Assembly: GCA_035387745.1 (NCBI GenBank)
Contig: DAOOON010000005.1
Span: 14,414 to 38,686, forward strand
Length of the DNA: 24,273 nt
Direction: 5' to 3'
Source: an archaeon
GTDB lineage: Archaea > Iainarchaeota > Iainarchaeia > Iainarchaeales > CSSED10-239
Every line of letters begins with the position of its first letter. Position 1 is the stretch's first letter. A model generated the notes under the pieces. It was not told the origin of the DNA. It saw nothing but the letters and a program-made list of their open reading frames with translations, and did not search any database. Position numbers and translations under genes: made by a program. This document shows positions 1 through 9,351 of the stretch, one piece after another.

Positions 1-54
1 GATGCTAAAGAAAATACAGAAGATGCAGATGCTAAAGAAAATACAGAAGACAAA
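1..54 (+). repeat. 27-bp in-frame tandem repeat (two copies visible at the window edge)
   Basis: GATGCTAAAGAAAATACAGAA at 1..21 recurs exactly at 28..48. The two 27-bp units differ only in their last 6 nt (gatgca vs gacaaa). They encode DAKENTEDA / DAKENTEDK. Confidence 0.8.
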
Positions 55-2250
55 GGACTATTAGACTTTATAACAAAAAACAAAAACACGCCAAAACTAA
101 AAAGCCAAGTTGATTATAAATCAATAAGTGTTGATACTGTTACTTCTGATGGTATAAAAACAAATAATTATTTATTAGAGAATACTTCTGAAAAAAATTT
201 AAAAGTTGGACAAACCCTTATTTCTTTCTCTCATCATACAGACTATGATGGTACAATGGCTGGTCAATCTACAGAAAAAGCAATAGATTTAATTGAGTCA
301 AGAGAGAAAGAAGAAACTTGCGGGCAAAAGGTTACAAATTTAACTTTTTTAGGGGCGCCAATAGGTAGCGTCATTCCCAAATCCTTTAGAAATCACAGAT
401 TTGTTGTTGGATCTATGATAGCACAAAAATTTGCATATTTGGTTTTGCCAGGTTCTGGTTATTTTAATTCATTTATAGGCCCTGCAATTGTAAGCGATAT
501 CCCTATGCAAACTATGATTATGCCAGAAATACATGGTTGTATTGATGATGAAGAAGGACTTTATGCTCATTTCTTTGTTTCTGCTCAAGAAGAAGAAAGA
601 CAAAATAAAGATTCTAAAAATAAAGTAGGAGAAGCAATAATTGATGGAACAAAAAAAGTCGAAGAAGTTGTTTCAAAAGTAACTTCTGGAACAGAACTTG
701 AAAAAGGAGTAAAAGCTGGTTCAGATAAAGTAAAAGAATATGTTGAAGAAAATATTATCGAAGATCCAATTGTTCAAGCAACATTTACTACTGGTGGAGG
801 AACAAACACAGCAGTAAAAGGACAACTTTTCTTTATAGAGATTGGTCCAAAAACAAAATGTATGGCAAGTGGCTATAATGATAAAGGTGTGGAAGTATTA
901 AAAGATAAAGATACAAATATAGATGTTACAATTGATAAAGAAAAAGGAATATTAACAGTTACTGATGAAAATGGCACTAGAACGGTTATTGGTGAAGGTA
1001 GCAAAGATTTTGTAAGACTAATTGGAGATAACTTAGGTATTCCTGCAAAAGTCATACCTCGTAGTTTAACTTATATACCATTACCAAACAATACAGAACC
1101 ATTATTTGAAATTGATGCTCATGGAAATCTTACTGTAAAAAATTCAGAGTTTTTTGATTGTCTAAGGGCAGGTTATGAAGCACAAACTGGCCTTACCCTG
1201 AATTCTACAAGTAAGAACTTAACTCCATATCTTGGAATTGTAAAATTAACAAATGATATTAATCCTATTGGGGCATATACTTCTAGTTTTTTAGGGAATT
1301 CAATTATTTCTCAGGGCGCTGGTCTTCCAAGATTAATTGCTAATGGCAATACTTCTAAATTAACTGTTTTAGGAAATAGATCTACAACAATTGGCCCAAT
1401 AGATGGAAAAGAAAATAGAACTGGTAAAAACATAAGCGTTCAGTTTGAGTTTGGTCAGCTTGTTTATAGTGAAGAAGCAAAAGCCTATATTATGTGGGTA
1501 GAAACAACAACAGAAACAAGTGGTAATGATATTGCAAGCATGAAAGCAGAAGTCACAAAGACCAAAGCAATAAATGGTTGTGAAAATGAAGAGATTGGTA
1601 TTAATTTTTCTACATCTCCAGTAAAAGATAATGATCAAGCAGCAGCAAACACAGAAAAACTAAATAAGGCTTTAGAAAAAGTTGGGCCTTTCCAAATGTT
1701 TGATACTAAGACCAAAACTTTTATTTTCTATGTAAGTGATCCACCAGAATGTGAGCAAAGACTAAAGATAATAGATAAAGAAACTGGAGAAATCTATGAT
1801 GCAAAGATATCTTCTTTTGAGCAAACACCAAATGGTATTTCTGTAAAAACTGATGACGGCCAAACACATAATCTTGAGTTTAGTGCAGAAGACGGTGTTC
1901 CAAGGCTTACCTATAATGGAGAAAAAGACACTTTAACTTCTGCTCAAGGAAAGAACGGTTCTTTCTGGTATGACCCAGAGACAGGTAATTGGTATACTAC
2001 AAATGGAAATCTAATACCACTAAATGATGCATTTAGAGATGGTGTTTCCTTTGGTGTTGATGGTAATGGTAAAGTTACTGGAACTCCAGGAACTAATGTG
2101 TTTAATATTGGTTCTGCAGGGTCAGGGAAAGGAAGCGGAGGCTTTAATATTCCTTTGACTCCTGAATCAACAGTTATGATAATTCTTTACATAACAGTAA
2201 TATTAAGTGGATTTGTTTTAATCTATATGGACAGGAAAAAAAGAAAATAA
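1..2250 (+). CDS. Large secreted/surface protein, 5'-truncated by the window edge, with C-terminal membrane anchor
   Basis: Frame 1 is open from nt 1 straight into the tracked ORF (256..2250), so the CDS probably starts upstream of the window. It opens with acidic DAKENTED repeats. It ends with a Gly/Ser-rich linker, IPLTPES, a ~20-residue hydrophobic helix (TVMIILYITVILSGFVLIYM) and an RKKRK tail. No enzymatic motif recognised. Confidence 0.6.
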   Translation, partial: DAKENTEDADAKENTEDKGLLDFITKNKNTPKLKSQVDYKSISVDTVTSDGIKTNNYLLENTSEKNLKVGQTLISFSHHTDYDGTMAGQSTEKAIDLIESREKEETCGQKVTNLTFLGAPIGSVIPKSFRNHRFVVGSMIAQKFAYLVLPGSGYFNSFIGPAIVSDIPMQTMIMPEIHGCIDDEEGLYAHFFVSAQEEERQNKDSKNKVGEAIIDGTKKVEEVVSKVTSGTELEKGVKAGSDKVKEYVEENIIEDPIVQATFTTGGGTNTAVKGQLFFIEIGPKTKCMASGYNDKGVEVLKDKDTNIDVTIDKEKGILTVTDENGTRTVIGEGSKDFVRLIGDNLGIPAKVIPRSLTYIPLPNNTEPLFEIDAHGNLTVKNSEFFDCLRAGYEAQTGLTLNSTSKNLTPYLGIVKLTNDINPIGAYTSSFLGNSIISQGAGLPRLIANGNTSKLTVLGNRSTTIGPIDGKENRTGKNISVQFEFGQLVYSEEAKAYIMWVETTTETSGNDIASMKAEVTKTKAINGCENEEIGINFSTSPVKDNDQAAANTEKLNKALEKVGPFQMFDTKTKTFIFYVSDPPECEQRLKIIDKETGEIYDAKISSFEQTPNGISVKTDDGQTHNLEFSAEDGVPRLTYNGEKDTLTSAQGKNGSFWYDPETGNWYTTNGNLIPLNDAFRDGVSFGVDGNGKVTGTPGTNVFNIGSAGSGKGSGGFNIPLTPESTVMIILYITVILSGFVLIYMDRKKRK

Positions 2251-2302
2251 ATCCATTTATATTTATTTTTTTTCTTAAATATATATTTAGATGTGATTAA
2301 AA

Positions 2303-3796
2303 ATGGGAAGATTAGAAGAATATCAGGAAAACAGAAAAAATAATTTTAGTTCTATAGTAAATATGGGAATAGAGCCTTATCCTTATACTTATGATAGAAC
2401 GCATGTTTCTAAGGATATTAAGGAAAAGTATAAAGATCTAGAGCCAGATAAATATACAACAGAGATTGCTAGTGTTGCTGGAAGAGTTCTTTCTTTAAGA
2501 TCTCTTGGTAAGATTTCGTTTATTGATTTACATGATACTTATGGTAAGATGCAAATAGTTGTTAAGAACGAGACTACAAGTCCTGAAAATCTTGAGCTTT
2601 TAAAAAAGCTTGATGATGGTGATATAATTGGTGTTAAAGGAAAGATCTTTAAGACAAAAAGAGGAGAGCTTTCAATTGATGCACAGGATATAACTTTCTT
2701 ATCAAAAGCCTTTATGCCTCTTCCTGAGAAATTCCATGGTATTCAGGATGCTGAGCTGAAATATAGACAAAGATATCTAGACTTAATGACTTCTAAAGAA
2801 TCAAGGGATATATTTTTTATTAGAGCAAAGATTATTAAGATTATTAGAGAAATACTTGACAAGAAGGGTTTCTTAGAAGTAGAGACACCTTTGCTTCAGT
2901 CCCTTTATGGTGGAGCAAATGCCAGACCATTTATAACTGAGAGTTTTGTATGGAAGAGACAGCTTTATCTTTCAATTTCTCCTGAACTTTACTTGAAAAG
3001 GCTACTTGTAGGTGGTTTTGACAAGGTATATACTATTTGTAAGAACTTTAGAAACGAAGGGATAGATAGATCTCATAATCCAGAGTTTACAATGCTTGAA
3101 TGTTACGAGGCTTTTAAGGATTATAATTCAGCAATGGATTTGATTGAGGAAATTTATGAAACCATAGCTTTAGAACTTAACGGCAGCACAAGGGTTACTT
3201 ACCTTGAGCAAACCTTTGATTTCAAGAGACCATGGAAGAGATTAACCATGGCTGGCGCTCTTAAAGAGTATGCAAATCTTGATGTTGATAAATTAAGCGA
3301 TAGCGACTTAGCAAATCTGCTTAAAGAAAACAGATTGGAATTAGAGACCTATAAGAGAGGCCTAGCCATCTCTGAGTTGTTTGAGCATTTCTGTGAGAAC
3401 CATCTTCTTGGGCCAGTCCATATTATTGACCATCCAAAAGAGACTACTCCTCTTTGTAAGCTTCATAGAAGCAATAAGGACTTGATAGAAAGAGACGAGC
3501 CATATGTTAATTACTCAGAGGCAGGAAACATTTACAGCGAGTTAAACGACCCAATGTTACAAGAAAAGCTAATGCTTGACCAGGCAGACCAGGGAAGAGG
3601 AAAAGGCGAGAACCATCCAGTAGACACTGACTTTATTGAATCCCTTAAGTACGGAATGCCACCAGCTTATGGTCTTGGCCTTGGTATTGACCGCCTTGTC
3701 ATGATATTTACAAACTCCGCAAACATAAGAGAAGTAATATTATTTCCAATGATGAAAGAAGAAGGGGATGGCTTAGAAGATAACGAAAAAAAGTAA
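2303..3796 (+). CDS. lysS: Lysyl-tRNA synthetase, class II
   Basis: N-terminal OB anticodon-binding region. Class II motif 2 region is CKNFRNEGIDRSHNPEFTMLE. SELNDP is present. Motif 3 is GLGLGIDRLVMIFT. The 497-aa length is typical. GTGAT SD-like sequence upstream of the ATG. Confidence 0.93.
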   Translation: MGRLEEYQENRKNNFSSIVNMGIEPYPYTYDRTHVSKDIKEKYKDLEPDKYTTEIASVAGRVLSLRSLGKISFIDLHDTYGKMQIVVKNETTSPENLELLKKLDDGDIIGVKGKIFKTKRGELSIDAQDITFLSKAFMPLPEKFHGIQDAELKYRQRYLDLMTSKESRDIFFIRAKIIKIIREILDKKGFLEVETPLLQSLYGGANARPFITESFVWKRQLYLSISPELYLKRLLVGGFDKVYTICKNFRNEGIDRSHNPEFTMLECYEAFKDYNSAMDLIEEIYETIALELNGSTRVTYLEQTFDFKRPWKRLTMAGALKEYANLDVDKLSDSDLANLLKENRLELETYKRGLAISELFEHFCENHLLGPVHIIDHPKETTPLCKLHRSNKDLIERDEPYVNYSEAGNIYSELNDPMLQEKLMLDQADQGRGKGENHPVDTDFIESLKYGMPPAYGLGLGIDRLVMIFTNSANIREVILFPMMKEEGDGLEDNEKK

Positions 3797-3866
3797 GGTA
3801 TTTAAATATATTAGATATACTTATTATTACAATATTTAATTAAAATTTAAAAGGGGATAGAAAAAA

Positions 3867-4088
3867 ATGAGTCAAAAATGTATTATTTGTGGAAGAGCAA
3901 TTGGTAATTATGGCATATATTGCCCAAAATGTCAAGAAGATCTTGAAAAGAAAATACAAAAAAGAGAAAAGTTTGAAGAAGTCTACAGAAGTGCTGATTT
4001 CTTTGAGAGAATGAAATTAAAAGAAACTAAAGATGCACTAAAGGCTAGACAGAATAGATTAGCTCAAAAACCTGTTTCTAAAAAGTAA
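3867..4088 (+). CDS. Small zinc-ribbon protein (hypothetical)
   Basis: CIICGRAIGNYGIYCPKCQ gives CxxC-x11-CxxC, followed by a charged helical tail. GGGGA SD-like sequence about 10 nt upstream of the ATG. Confidence 0.5.
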   Translation: MSQKCIICGRAIGNYGIYCPKCQEDLEKKIQKREKFEEVYRSADFFERMKLKETKDALKARQNRLAQKPVSKK

Positions 4089-4091
4089 AAT

Positions 4092-4116
4092 GGAAAAACC
4101 GAGGACGGTTTTTTCC
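4092..4116. terminator. Hairpin plus T-run between convergent genes (possible bidirectional terminator)
   Basis: GGAAAAACCG-AGGA-CGGTTTTTTCC forms a 10-bp stem with a one-T bulge and a 4-nt loop, running into a T tract. Several further T-runs follow in 4117..4219. It sits between the 3' ends of 3867..4088 (+) and 4220..4840 (-). Confidence 0.4.
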
Positions 4117-4219
4117 CAAGAAAAATTATCTAGTTCTCAAAAAATTTTAATTTTTCTGGGCCATAAAATTTTATTAATTTTTTTGGGTTTTTGAACTTTT
4201 TTGTCCAATAATTTGTGAA

Positions 4220-4840
4220 TTAATTTAATTGGCTGTCAAGTGCAGCTTTTATTTCTGCAATTGTTTTCTCAGAACCACAGGATCTTAATATTTGATTTCC
4301 TTCTTTATCTAGAACAACATAAGCTGGAACATAACGGCAATCTCCCATTATTTCTTCATATATGATATTAGAATTAACTCCTTGTGGCATAGCTACTGGA
4401 AACTCTCCATCTCCAATTATTTCTACCCATATATTTGCTTTGTTTGAATAATTATTCCAGATTTCTTTTTCTAGTTCAGGTAAAAGCTTCTGACAATGTC
4501 CACAATAGGTTCCTGCAAACACAATAAAGCTTGGTTTACTTGTAGCATAGAAGTCTTCAAGCTTTGAGCTTTTTGTTATTTCTCCAGAGATTATTACTGG
4601 CGTAGTTTCTAAATTTGGATTTTCTGTTTCTTCATTAATTCCAAGTTCTGGCATTGTTTCTTGAGTATTTGTTTCTGCGTTATTATTATTCAAATATTTT
4701 AAAGAAAAAGTTATTATTAAAAGCACGCAAAGTATTGCTAATACCCAGATGATTATCTTAACTCTATTATTTTTAGAAAAAAAATTAGTTTTTTTCTTTT
4801 CTTCATATTTACTAATTTTTGTTTGTATTTTCTTTTTCAT
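4220..4840 (-). CDS. Membrane-anchored thioredoxin-fold thiol:disulfide oxidoreductase-like protein
   Basis: N-terminal TM helix (IIIWVLAILCVLLIITF), low-complexity linker, then FAGTYCGHCQKL with a CGHC active-site motif in a thioredoxin-like context. Starts 1 nt after the stop of the upstream decarboxylase gene. Confidence 0.65.
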   Translation of the reverse strand: MKKKIQTKISKYEEKKKTNFFSKNNRVKIIIWVLAILCVLLIITFSLKYLNNNNAETNTQETMPELGINEETENPNLETTPVIISGEITKSSKLEDFYATSKPSFIVFAGTYCGHCQKLLPELEKEIWNNYSNKANIWVEIIGDGEFPVAMPQGVNSNIIYEEIMGDCRYVPAYVVLDKEGNQILRSCGSEKTIAEIKAALDSQLN

Positions 4841-4841
4841 A

Positions 4842-6062
4842 TTATTCTTCTTTTTTCTTTTTTGATCCTTTTTTCATAATATAAATTTCAAGAGGTGGAA
4901 AACCATTAAAGTATATAGAACTATAACTTCTAGTGTATGCGCCTGTAGAAAGGATGTATAATCTATCTCCTTCTTTTAGACTCTTTGGCAAAAGATACTT
5001 ATGCTTTTCATAAAGTGTGTCTGTAGAATCACAGGTAGGTCCTGCAAGTATTACTTCTCTGCAGTCTTTTTCCTTTGGTGGCTTTCTATAGTTTTCTGTA
5101 AAGATAGGATATTTGATTGATTCATCAAGTGTTTCAATTAGTCCTCCAAATTTACCAACATCAAGATATACCCAGTCAAACTGATTAGATAAAGACTTTT
5201 TAGAAATCATTACAACTTCTGTAACTATAACTCCTGCATCTGCTGCAATTGAACGACCAGGCTCAATTATGATCTCTAATTTCTTAGAGAAATGTTCTCC
5301 AAAGTCTTCTTCTAAAAATCTAGTTATTTCTTTAGAATATGTTTCTAAGTCATGTGTTGGGCTTATATAGTTTGCTGGAAATCCCCCGCCCATATTTATT
5401 AGCTTTAATTCTATCCCTTCTTGTTTAACGGCATCAAACAAATATTTACATTGTGCAATTGCTTGATCCCATTGGCCTATATCTCTTTGTTGTGAACCAA
5501 CATGGAAGGATACGCCATAGGGATGTAATCCTAATTTCTTTGCTTCAAAAATAAGATGATAAATCATATCTGGGTGTGCACCAAATTTTCTAGATAGTGG
5601 CCAATCAGCAGAACCACCCTCCATAATTATTCTAAAGAAAACTTTAGAGCCAGGAGCCGCATGTGCAAGTTTTTTTATATCACTAATTGAATCTGTTGCA
5701 AATAGTCTAATGCCTTTCTTGTAGGCATAAGCAATATCTTCTTCTTTTTTAATTGTGTTACCAAAAGATATTTTTTTTGGCGATATCTTTAATCTTAATA
5801 ATTGATCAAGCTCGTAATTTGTTGCAACATCAAAGTTAGAACCTTTTCTTGCAAGCAATTTAATGATGTCATCTTCTGGATTTGCTTTAACAGCATAGTA
5901 TATTTTTGCAAACGGCATATTCTTAATTAATTCATCGTATTTTTCTTCAATCTTCTGAAGATCTATAATTAAGAATGGTGTTTTTTTGCCTTTTGCAAAT
6001 TTTTTTATTTTTGTAAACTCTTTCTTTGTTATATAATCAAAGAGTGGCCTATTTGAAAACAT
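4842..6062 (-). CDS. Group IV PLP-dependent decarboxylase (ornithine/lysine/diaminopimelate decarboxylase family, ODC-like)
   Basis: YYAVKANP (PLP lysine), HVGSQQ, GGGFPANY, EPGRSIAADAG and GPTCDSTD motifs in the order typical of alanine-racemase-fold decarboxylases. 406 aa. Confidence 0.8.
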   Translation of the reverse strand: MFSNRPLFDYITKKEFTKIKKFAKGKKTPFLIIDLQKIEEKYDELIKNMPFAKIYYAVKANPEDDIIKLLARKGSNFDVATNYELDQLLRLKISPKKISFGNTIKKEEDIAYAYKKGIRLFATDSISDIKKLAHAAPGSKVFFRIIMEGGSADWPLSRKFGAHPDMIYHLIFEAKKLGLHPYGVSFHVGSQQRDIGQWDQAIAQCKYLFDAVKQEGIELKLINMGGGFPANYISPTHDLETYSKEITRFLEEDFGEHFSKKLEIIIEPGRSIAADAGVIVTEVVMISKKSLSNQFDWVYLDVGKFGGLIETLDESIKYPIFTENYRKPPKEKDCREVILAGPTCDSTDTLYEKHKYLLPKSLKEGDRLYILSTGAYTRSYSSIYFNGFPPLEIYIMKKGSKKKKEE

Positions 6063-6148
6063 ATTTGTTCTTTAATCTCCTTTTTATTTAGTCATATTTT
6101 ACAATATAAAATAAAAAAAATAAAAAATGAATTTTTTGTTAATTTCAA

Positions 6149-6391
6149 TTATTTCTTTTTAAATAATATTCTTGCTAATAAATAGCTAAGCGCCCAAAGT
6201 ATTGCAGTAACTGGAATAGTTAGCCATAATGCAGACTTACCTAAAACAAAAAATATTTCAATAATAAGCATAGATATAAATAATGTTGAAAATACTAAAA
6301 ACATAACTAATGAAAAATAATCCCAGTATATTTCATATTTTATATTCTTTTCTGTTTTAACCTTTTTTATTTGTCTCTTTTTTTTAACCAT
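6149..6391 (-). CDS. Small membrane protein (hypothetical)
   Basis: 80 aa with a basic N-terminus and two predicted TM helices. AGGAGG SD upstream of the ATG. Confidence 0.45.
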   Translation of the reverse strand: MVKKKRQIKKVKTEKNIKYEIYWDYFSLVMFLVFSTLFISMLIIEIFFVLGKSALWLTIPVTAILWALSYLLARILFKKK

Positions 6392-6404
6392 TTTATTATT
6401 CCTC

Positions 6405-7082
6405 CTATCTCTTTTTTCTTTCTTTTTGTGTTTCTTCCATTATATCTAATTGTAATCTTTGTATTTCTAGTAATCTTTGCCATTGTTTTTGAACAAGATT
6501 ATCCATTTTTTCGTGTAAATGTCTAATTTCTAATTCTGATTTTAAGTTTATCTTATAATCGTTTTCTGCTCTTATTCTATCCTTTTGGTCTTTTCTATTT
6601 TGACTCATCATAATTATTGGTGCTTGTAATGCAGCTAAACAAGACAATATTAAATTTAATAGTATAAATGGATATGGGTCATATGGTTTTTGTAATAAGA
6701 AATAACTATTTATTCCTATCCAAATAATAAGAAAAACACCAAAGGAAATAATAAACCCCCAAGAACCCCCAAACTTTGCAACACCGTCTGCAAGTTTTTG
6801 ACCCACTGTTAGATTTTCTTTTTCTTGCATTATGTCTTTAACTATGGATTCGTGTTCTACAAGGCTTTTAACAACCTGTTTATCAATTTTATTTAGTTCT
6901 CCTTTTTCTTTCTTAAGAATGCTTTCAATGTATTCTTGTCTTGCAATTTTTAATTCTTCTCTAGTGATAAATCCGTCTTCTGTTGCTTTCTGGTTTTTTT
7001 TTCTAATAATTGCTAAAAGTTCTGATCTGACTGTGGCGATAGGTATGTCTCCAGTTACACCATTTCCATTTTTATCAGCCAT
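6405..7082 (-). CDS. DUF1003-like membrane protein
   Basis: Two TM helices followed by LQAPIIMMSQNRKDQKDRIRAENDYKINLKSELEIRHLHEKMD. From memory this matches the conserved core of the DUF1003 family. Confidence 0.7.
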   Translation of the reverse strand: MADKNGNGVTGDIPIATVRSELLAIIRKKNQKATEDGFITREELKIARQEYIESILKKEKGELNKIDKQVVKSLVEHESIVKDIMQEKENLTVGQKLADGVAKFGGSWGFIISFGVFLIIWIGINSYFLLQKPYDPYPFILLNLILSCLAALQAPIIMMSQNRKDQKDRIRAENDYKINLKSELEIRHLHEKMDNLVQKQWQRLLEIQRLQLDIMEETQKERKKR

Positions 7083-7093
7083 ATATATTCAAA

Positions 7094-7336
7094 TTATTTT
7101 TTTGGTTTAGAAAATCTTATTAATACGCAGATTGCCGCAATAGCAATTATGCTATTTATAATAGTGTTAGCTATGAGCCCTACTTTGTAACCGTCTATTA
7201 CTAATAAGATTGTTCCAATAATGTATGCAATAATAAACACAGTAGATATTTCTCTTCTTTTATTCATAGAAAAGAATTGAAATAACCAAGCAATAAATAT
7301 TATTGCTAAACCAATAATCGCAAGATTTAATGTCAT
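7094..7336 (-). CDS. Small membrane protein (hypothetical)
   Basis: 80 aa with three hydrophobic segments. Its start overlaps the stop of the upstream gene by 4 nt. Confidence 0.45.
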   Translation of the reverse strand: MTLNLAIIGLAIIFIAWLFQFFSMNKRREISTVFIIAYIIGTILLVIDGYKVGLIANTIINSIIAIAAICVLIRFSKPKK

Positions 7337-7557
7337 TTCTTTGCCTTCTTTTTAGTTTTAATTATATTAGTTGTTTTTTTTTTAATTGTAGCTACTTTTG
7401 TAGTTTTCTTTTTTGCAAATTTCTCACAGCCACCTGTTGCAACAACATCTCTACCAACGCAAGTGCCTTTATTTTTGTTTGTAACATTTGGTCTAAATCT
7501 TAAACATTTTGAACAGGTTTTATCTCCTGCGCCCTCACTCCAATATCCTGGAAACAT
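7333..7557 (-). CDS. Small Cys-rich protein with Lys/Thr-rich tail (hypothetical)
   Basis: Four Cys (CSKC ... C ... C) in the first 45 residues, then KKKTTKVATIKKKTTNIIKTKKKAKK. Translationally coupled to 7094..7336. Confidence 0.45.
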   Translation of the reverse strand: MFPGYWSEGAGDKTCSKCLRFRPNVTNKNKGTCVGRDVVATGGCEKFAKKKTTKVATIKKKTTNIIKTKKKAKK

Positions 7558-7640
7558 TTTTTTGCTCCTTTTTAAAATTGTATTTTTTTCTATTTATATA
7601 TAGATATATTATATTTATATATCTTTTGTTAGGATTTCTC

Positions 7641-7976
7641 CTAATTTTTATTTCGTTTTGTCATCCAATAGGTTATCCAAACTGCAATTATAGTAACTAA
7701 AACCGCATAAATAATCATTGCCCAGACTGTCTGAGCTGTTCCAAATACTCTTTGGAATATGGTTTTAATGGTTTCATTCCAGGCAAGAGCTGCGACAAGA
7801 CTAAATGCCCCAGTAATCAATGTTATCAATTTTTCATTAACTTCTTTTCTCATTTGTTCTTGTTCTTTCTTAAATTGAGTTTGTTGTCTTTTTAGTTTGT
7901 TCTTCATTCTCTTAAGTTCTTCTTCTGTTAATTTAATTTTAGTAATCTTTTTTGTCATCTTTAGTATTTTTTTCAT
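7641..7976 (-). CDS. Membrane protein with charged coiled N-terminus (hypothetical)
   Basis: 111 aa with a K/E-rich N-terminal half and two C-terminal hydrophobic helices (ITLITGAFSLVAALAW, MIIYAVLVTIIAVWITYW). Confidence 0.5.
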   Translation of the reverse strand: MKKILKMTKKITKIKLTEEELKRMKNKLKRQQTQFKKEQEQMRKEVNEKLITLITGAFSLVAALAWNETIKTIFQRVFGTAQTVWAMIIYAVLVTIIAVWITYWMTKRNKN

Positions 7977-8042
7977 ATAATCACCAATATAAAAAATTAT
8001 AGTCTATTGTTTTAAAATACTTTCTGCGGTATTATTTATTAT

Positions 8043-8786
8043 ATGAAAACACCAATAATGCCTACAATTAATTATAAAAAATTTTCATGGAATGAATTAG
8101 ATAAAATAGATCAAAATACTATAACACAAATTTCAGAAATTGACAATTTATTTTATCGATCCTCTTCAGATTTAGAAGAATATCTACGTAAAATAAAAAT
8201 AAATGCAGATAAAACAATAATTTATTTGTGTTATAGGGGGAAAGAACTGGTGGGTGCAGTTTTTGGTACTTTAAATCGTGTTTCTGAATTTTGCAATAAA
8301 GATTATAAAATTAAAGCAAAACCTAAAGACTATATGTTTTTATTAACCGAGTTTTTTGTTAAGCCTGGATTTCAAAATAATGGCATCGGTACAGCACTAA
8401 TGGCTAGAGTATTTGCAGATCAAAGAGCCAAATATGATTCTAAATTTATATATATGAAAGCATTTCGAAAAACCCAAACTATAAATAAAAAACTAACCGG
8501 AATAACGCCATTTATTGTGCCTATAAAAGAGGTGGCAGAAATTAAAAGAATAGTAAATAATCTTTCAATAATTGAAAAACGTAAAAAAAGAAACATATCA
8601 CATAATAAATCAATGAAAACTGGCGCCTTAAAACGGAAGATATTTCGTAATTTTAAAAATTCAAAATATAAATATGATTTAATAGAGACCTCTAATCCAT
8701 CAATTACTGATGTTAAAGATCATTACATCGTAATAAATAAAAATCCAAAATATAAAAGAAAGCAAATAAGAAGTATTGCAAAATAA
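8043..8786 (+). CDS. GNAT-family N-acetyltransferase-like protein with basic C-terminal extension
   Basis: FFVKPGFQNNGIGTALMARVF fits GNAT motif A (Q/R-x-x-G-x-G/A acetyl-CoA loop). The C-terminal ~90 residues are Lys-rich with no recognised domain. Confidence 0.55.
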   Translation: MKTPIMPTINYKKFSWNELDKIDQNTITQISEIDNLFYRSSSDLEEYLRKIKINADKTIIYLCYRGKELVGAVFGTLNRVSEFCNKDYKIKAKPKDYMFLLTEFFVKPGFQNNGIGTALMARVFADQRAKYDSKFIYMKAFRKTQTINKKLTGITPFIVPIKEVAEIKRIVNNLSIIEKRKKRNISHNKSMKTGALKRKIFRNFKNSKYKYDLIETSNPSITDVKDHYIVINKNPKYKRKQIRSIAK

Positions 8787-8793
8787 TTTTATT

Positions 8794-9351
8794 CTATTTC
8801 TTTTCTTTGCTTGTTTTTCTATATATAAATATTACAAGTAAAAATTCTGCAATAATTACTACTGGTAGCATCTTATTCAATAACTTCGTTGCAGAGATTG
8901 TTGCAACAAATAAAGATACAAGCGATGCTGAAAGTATAGAGTATCTTATAATTTTATCTTTAATTAATATAAAGGCCATTAACAAAGCCAAAAGAAAAGT
9001 AAAAATCATTCTGCCAATATTTATTCTATTATTATATGTTTCTAATATCTTGTTATAATCTCTATAACAATAGCTACATTCCATTTGGCAGTCTTTCTTA
9101 TAAACAATGTTCCCTTCTGACTTATAACAAGAATTAATGTATTCTTGATTATAGGAACAATTAGCATCTATATTTGTAATAACTTCTGGTTTGTAATTAT
9201 AATCCTGTAAATAACAATTATCTTTTGGTCTTTCTAAAAATAATTTATCTATTGTAAAAACAAAACTAATAACTAAAGCAAAAATCAAAGTAAACATTAT
9301 AATATTATATACTACATTTTCTAGTTTTTTTGATTTTACTTTTTTATTCAT
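8794..9351 (-). CDS. Membrane protein with Cys-rich extracytoplasmic segment (hypothetical)
   Basis: N-terminal TM helix, then a segment with 8 Cys (CYLQ..CSY..SCYK..CQMECSYCY), then two to three C-terminal TM helices. Its ATG overlaps the helicase stop (TAATG). Confidence 0.5.
   Translation of the reverse strand: MNKKVKSKKLENVVYNIIMFTLIFALVISFVFTIDKLFLERPKDNCYLQDYNYKPEVITNIDANCSYNQEYINSCYKSEGNIVYKKDCQMECSYCYRDYNKILETYNNRINIGRMIFTFLLALLMAFILIKDKIIRYSILSASLVSLFVATISATKLLNKMLPVVIIAEFLLVIFIYRKTSKEKK

Noticed and set aside
1-54. Tandem repeat at the window start as a possible CRISPR or other non-coding array
   Set aside because: The units are contiguous with no spacers, in frame, and part of an open reading frame encoding an acidic peptide repeat.
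873-1638. Minus-strand ORFs 873..1055 and 1369..1638 inside the surface-protein gene
   Set aside because: They are fully antisense to a much longer ORF, low-complexity and hydrophobic in composition, and have no SD. These are typical shadow ORFs in AT-rich DNA.
6832-7110. Plus-strand ORF 6832..7110
   Set aside because: Antisense to the DUF1003-like gene, whose conserved motifs validate the minus-strand frame.
7509-7700. Plus-strand ORF 7509..7700
   Set aside because: Overlaps the ends of two minus-strand genes and the promoter gap. Phe/Leu/Ile-rich translation of a T-rich strand. No SD.
8807-9058. Plus-strand ORF 8807..9058
   Set aside because: Antisense shadow of the 185-aa membrane-protein gene.
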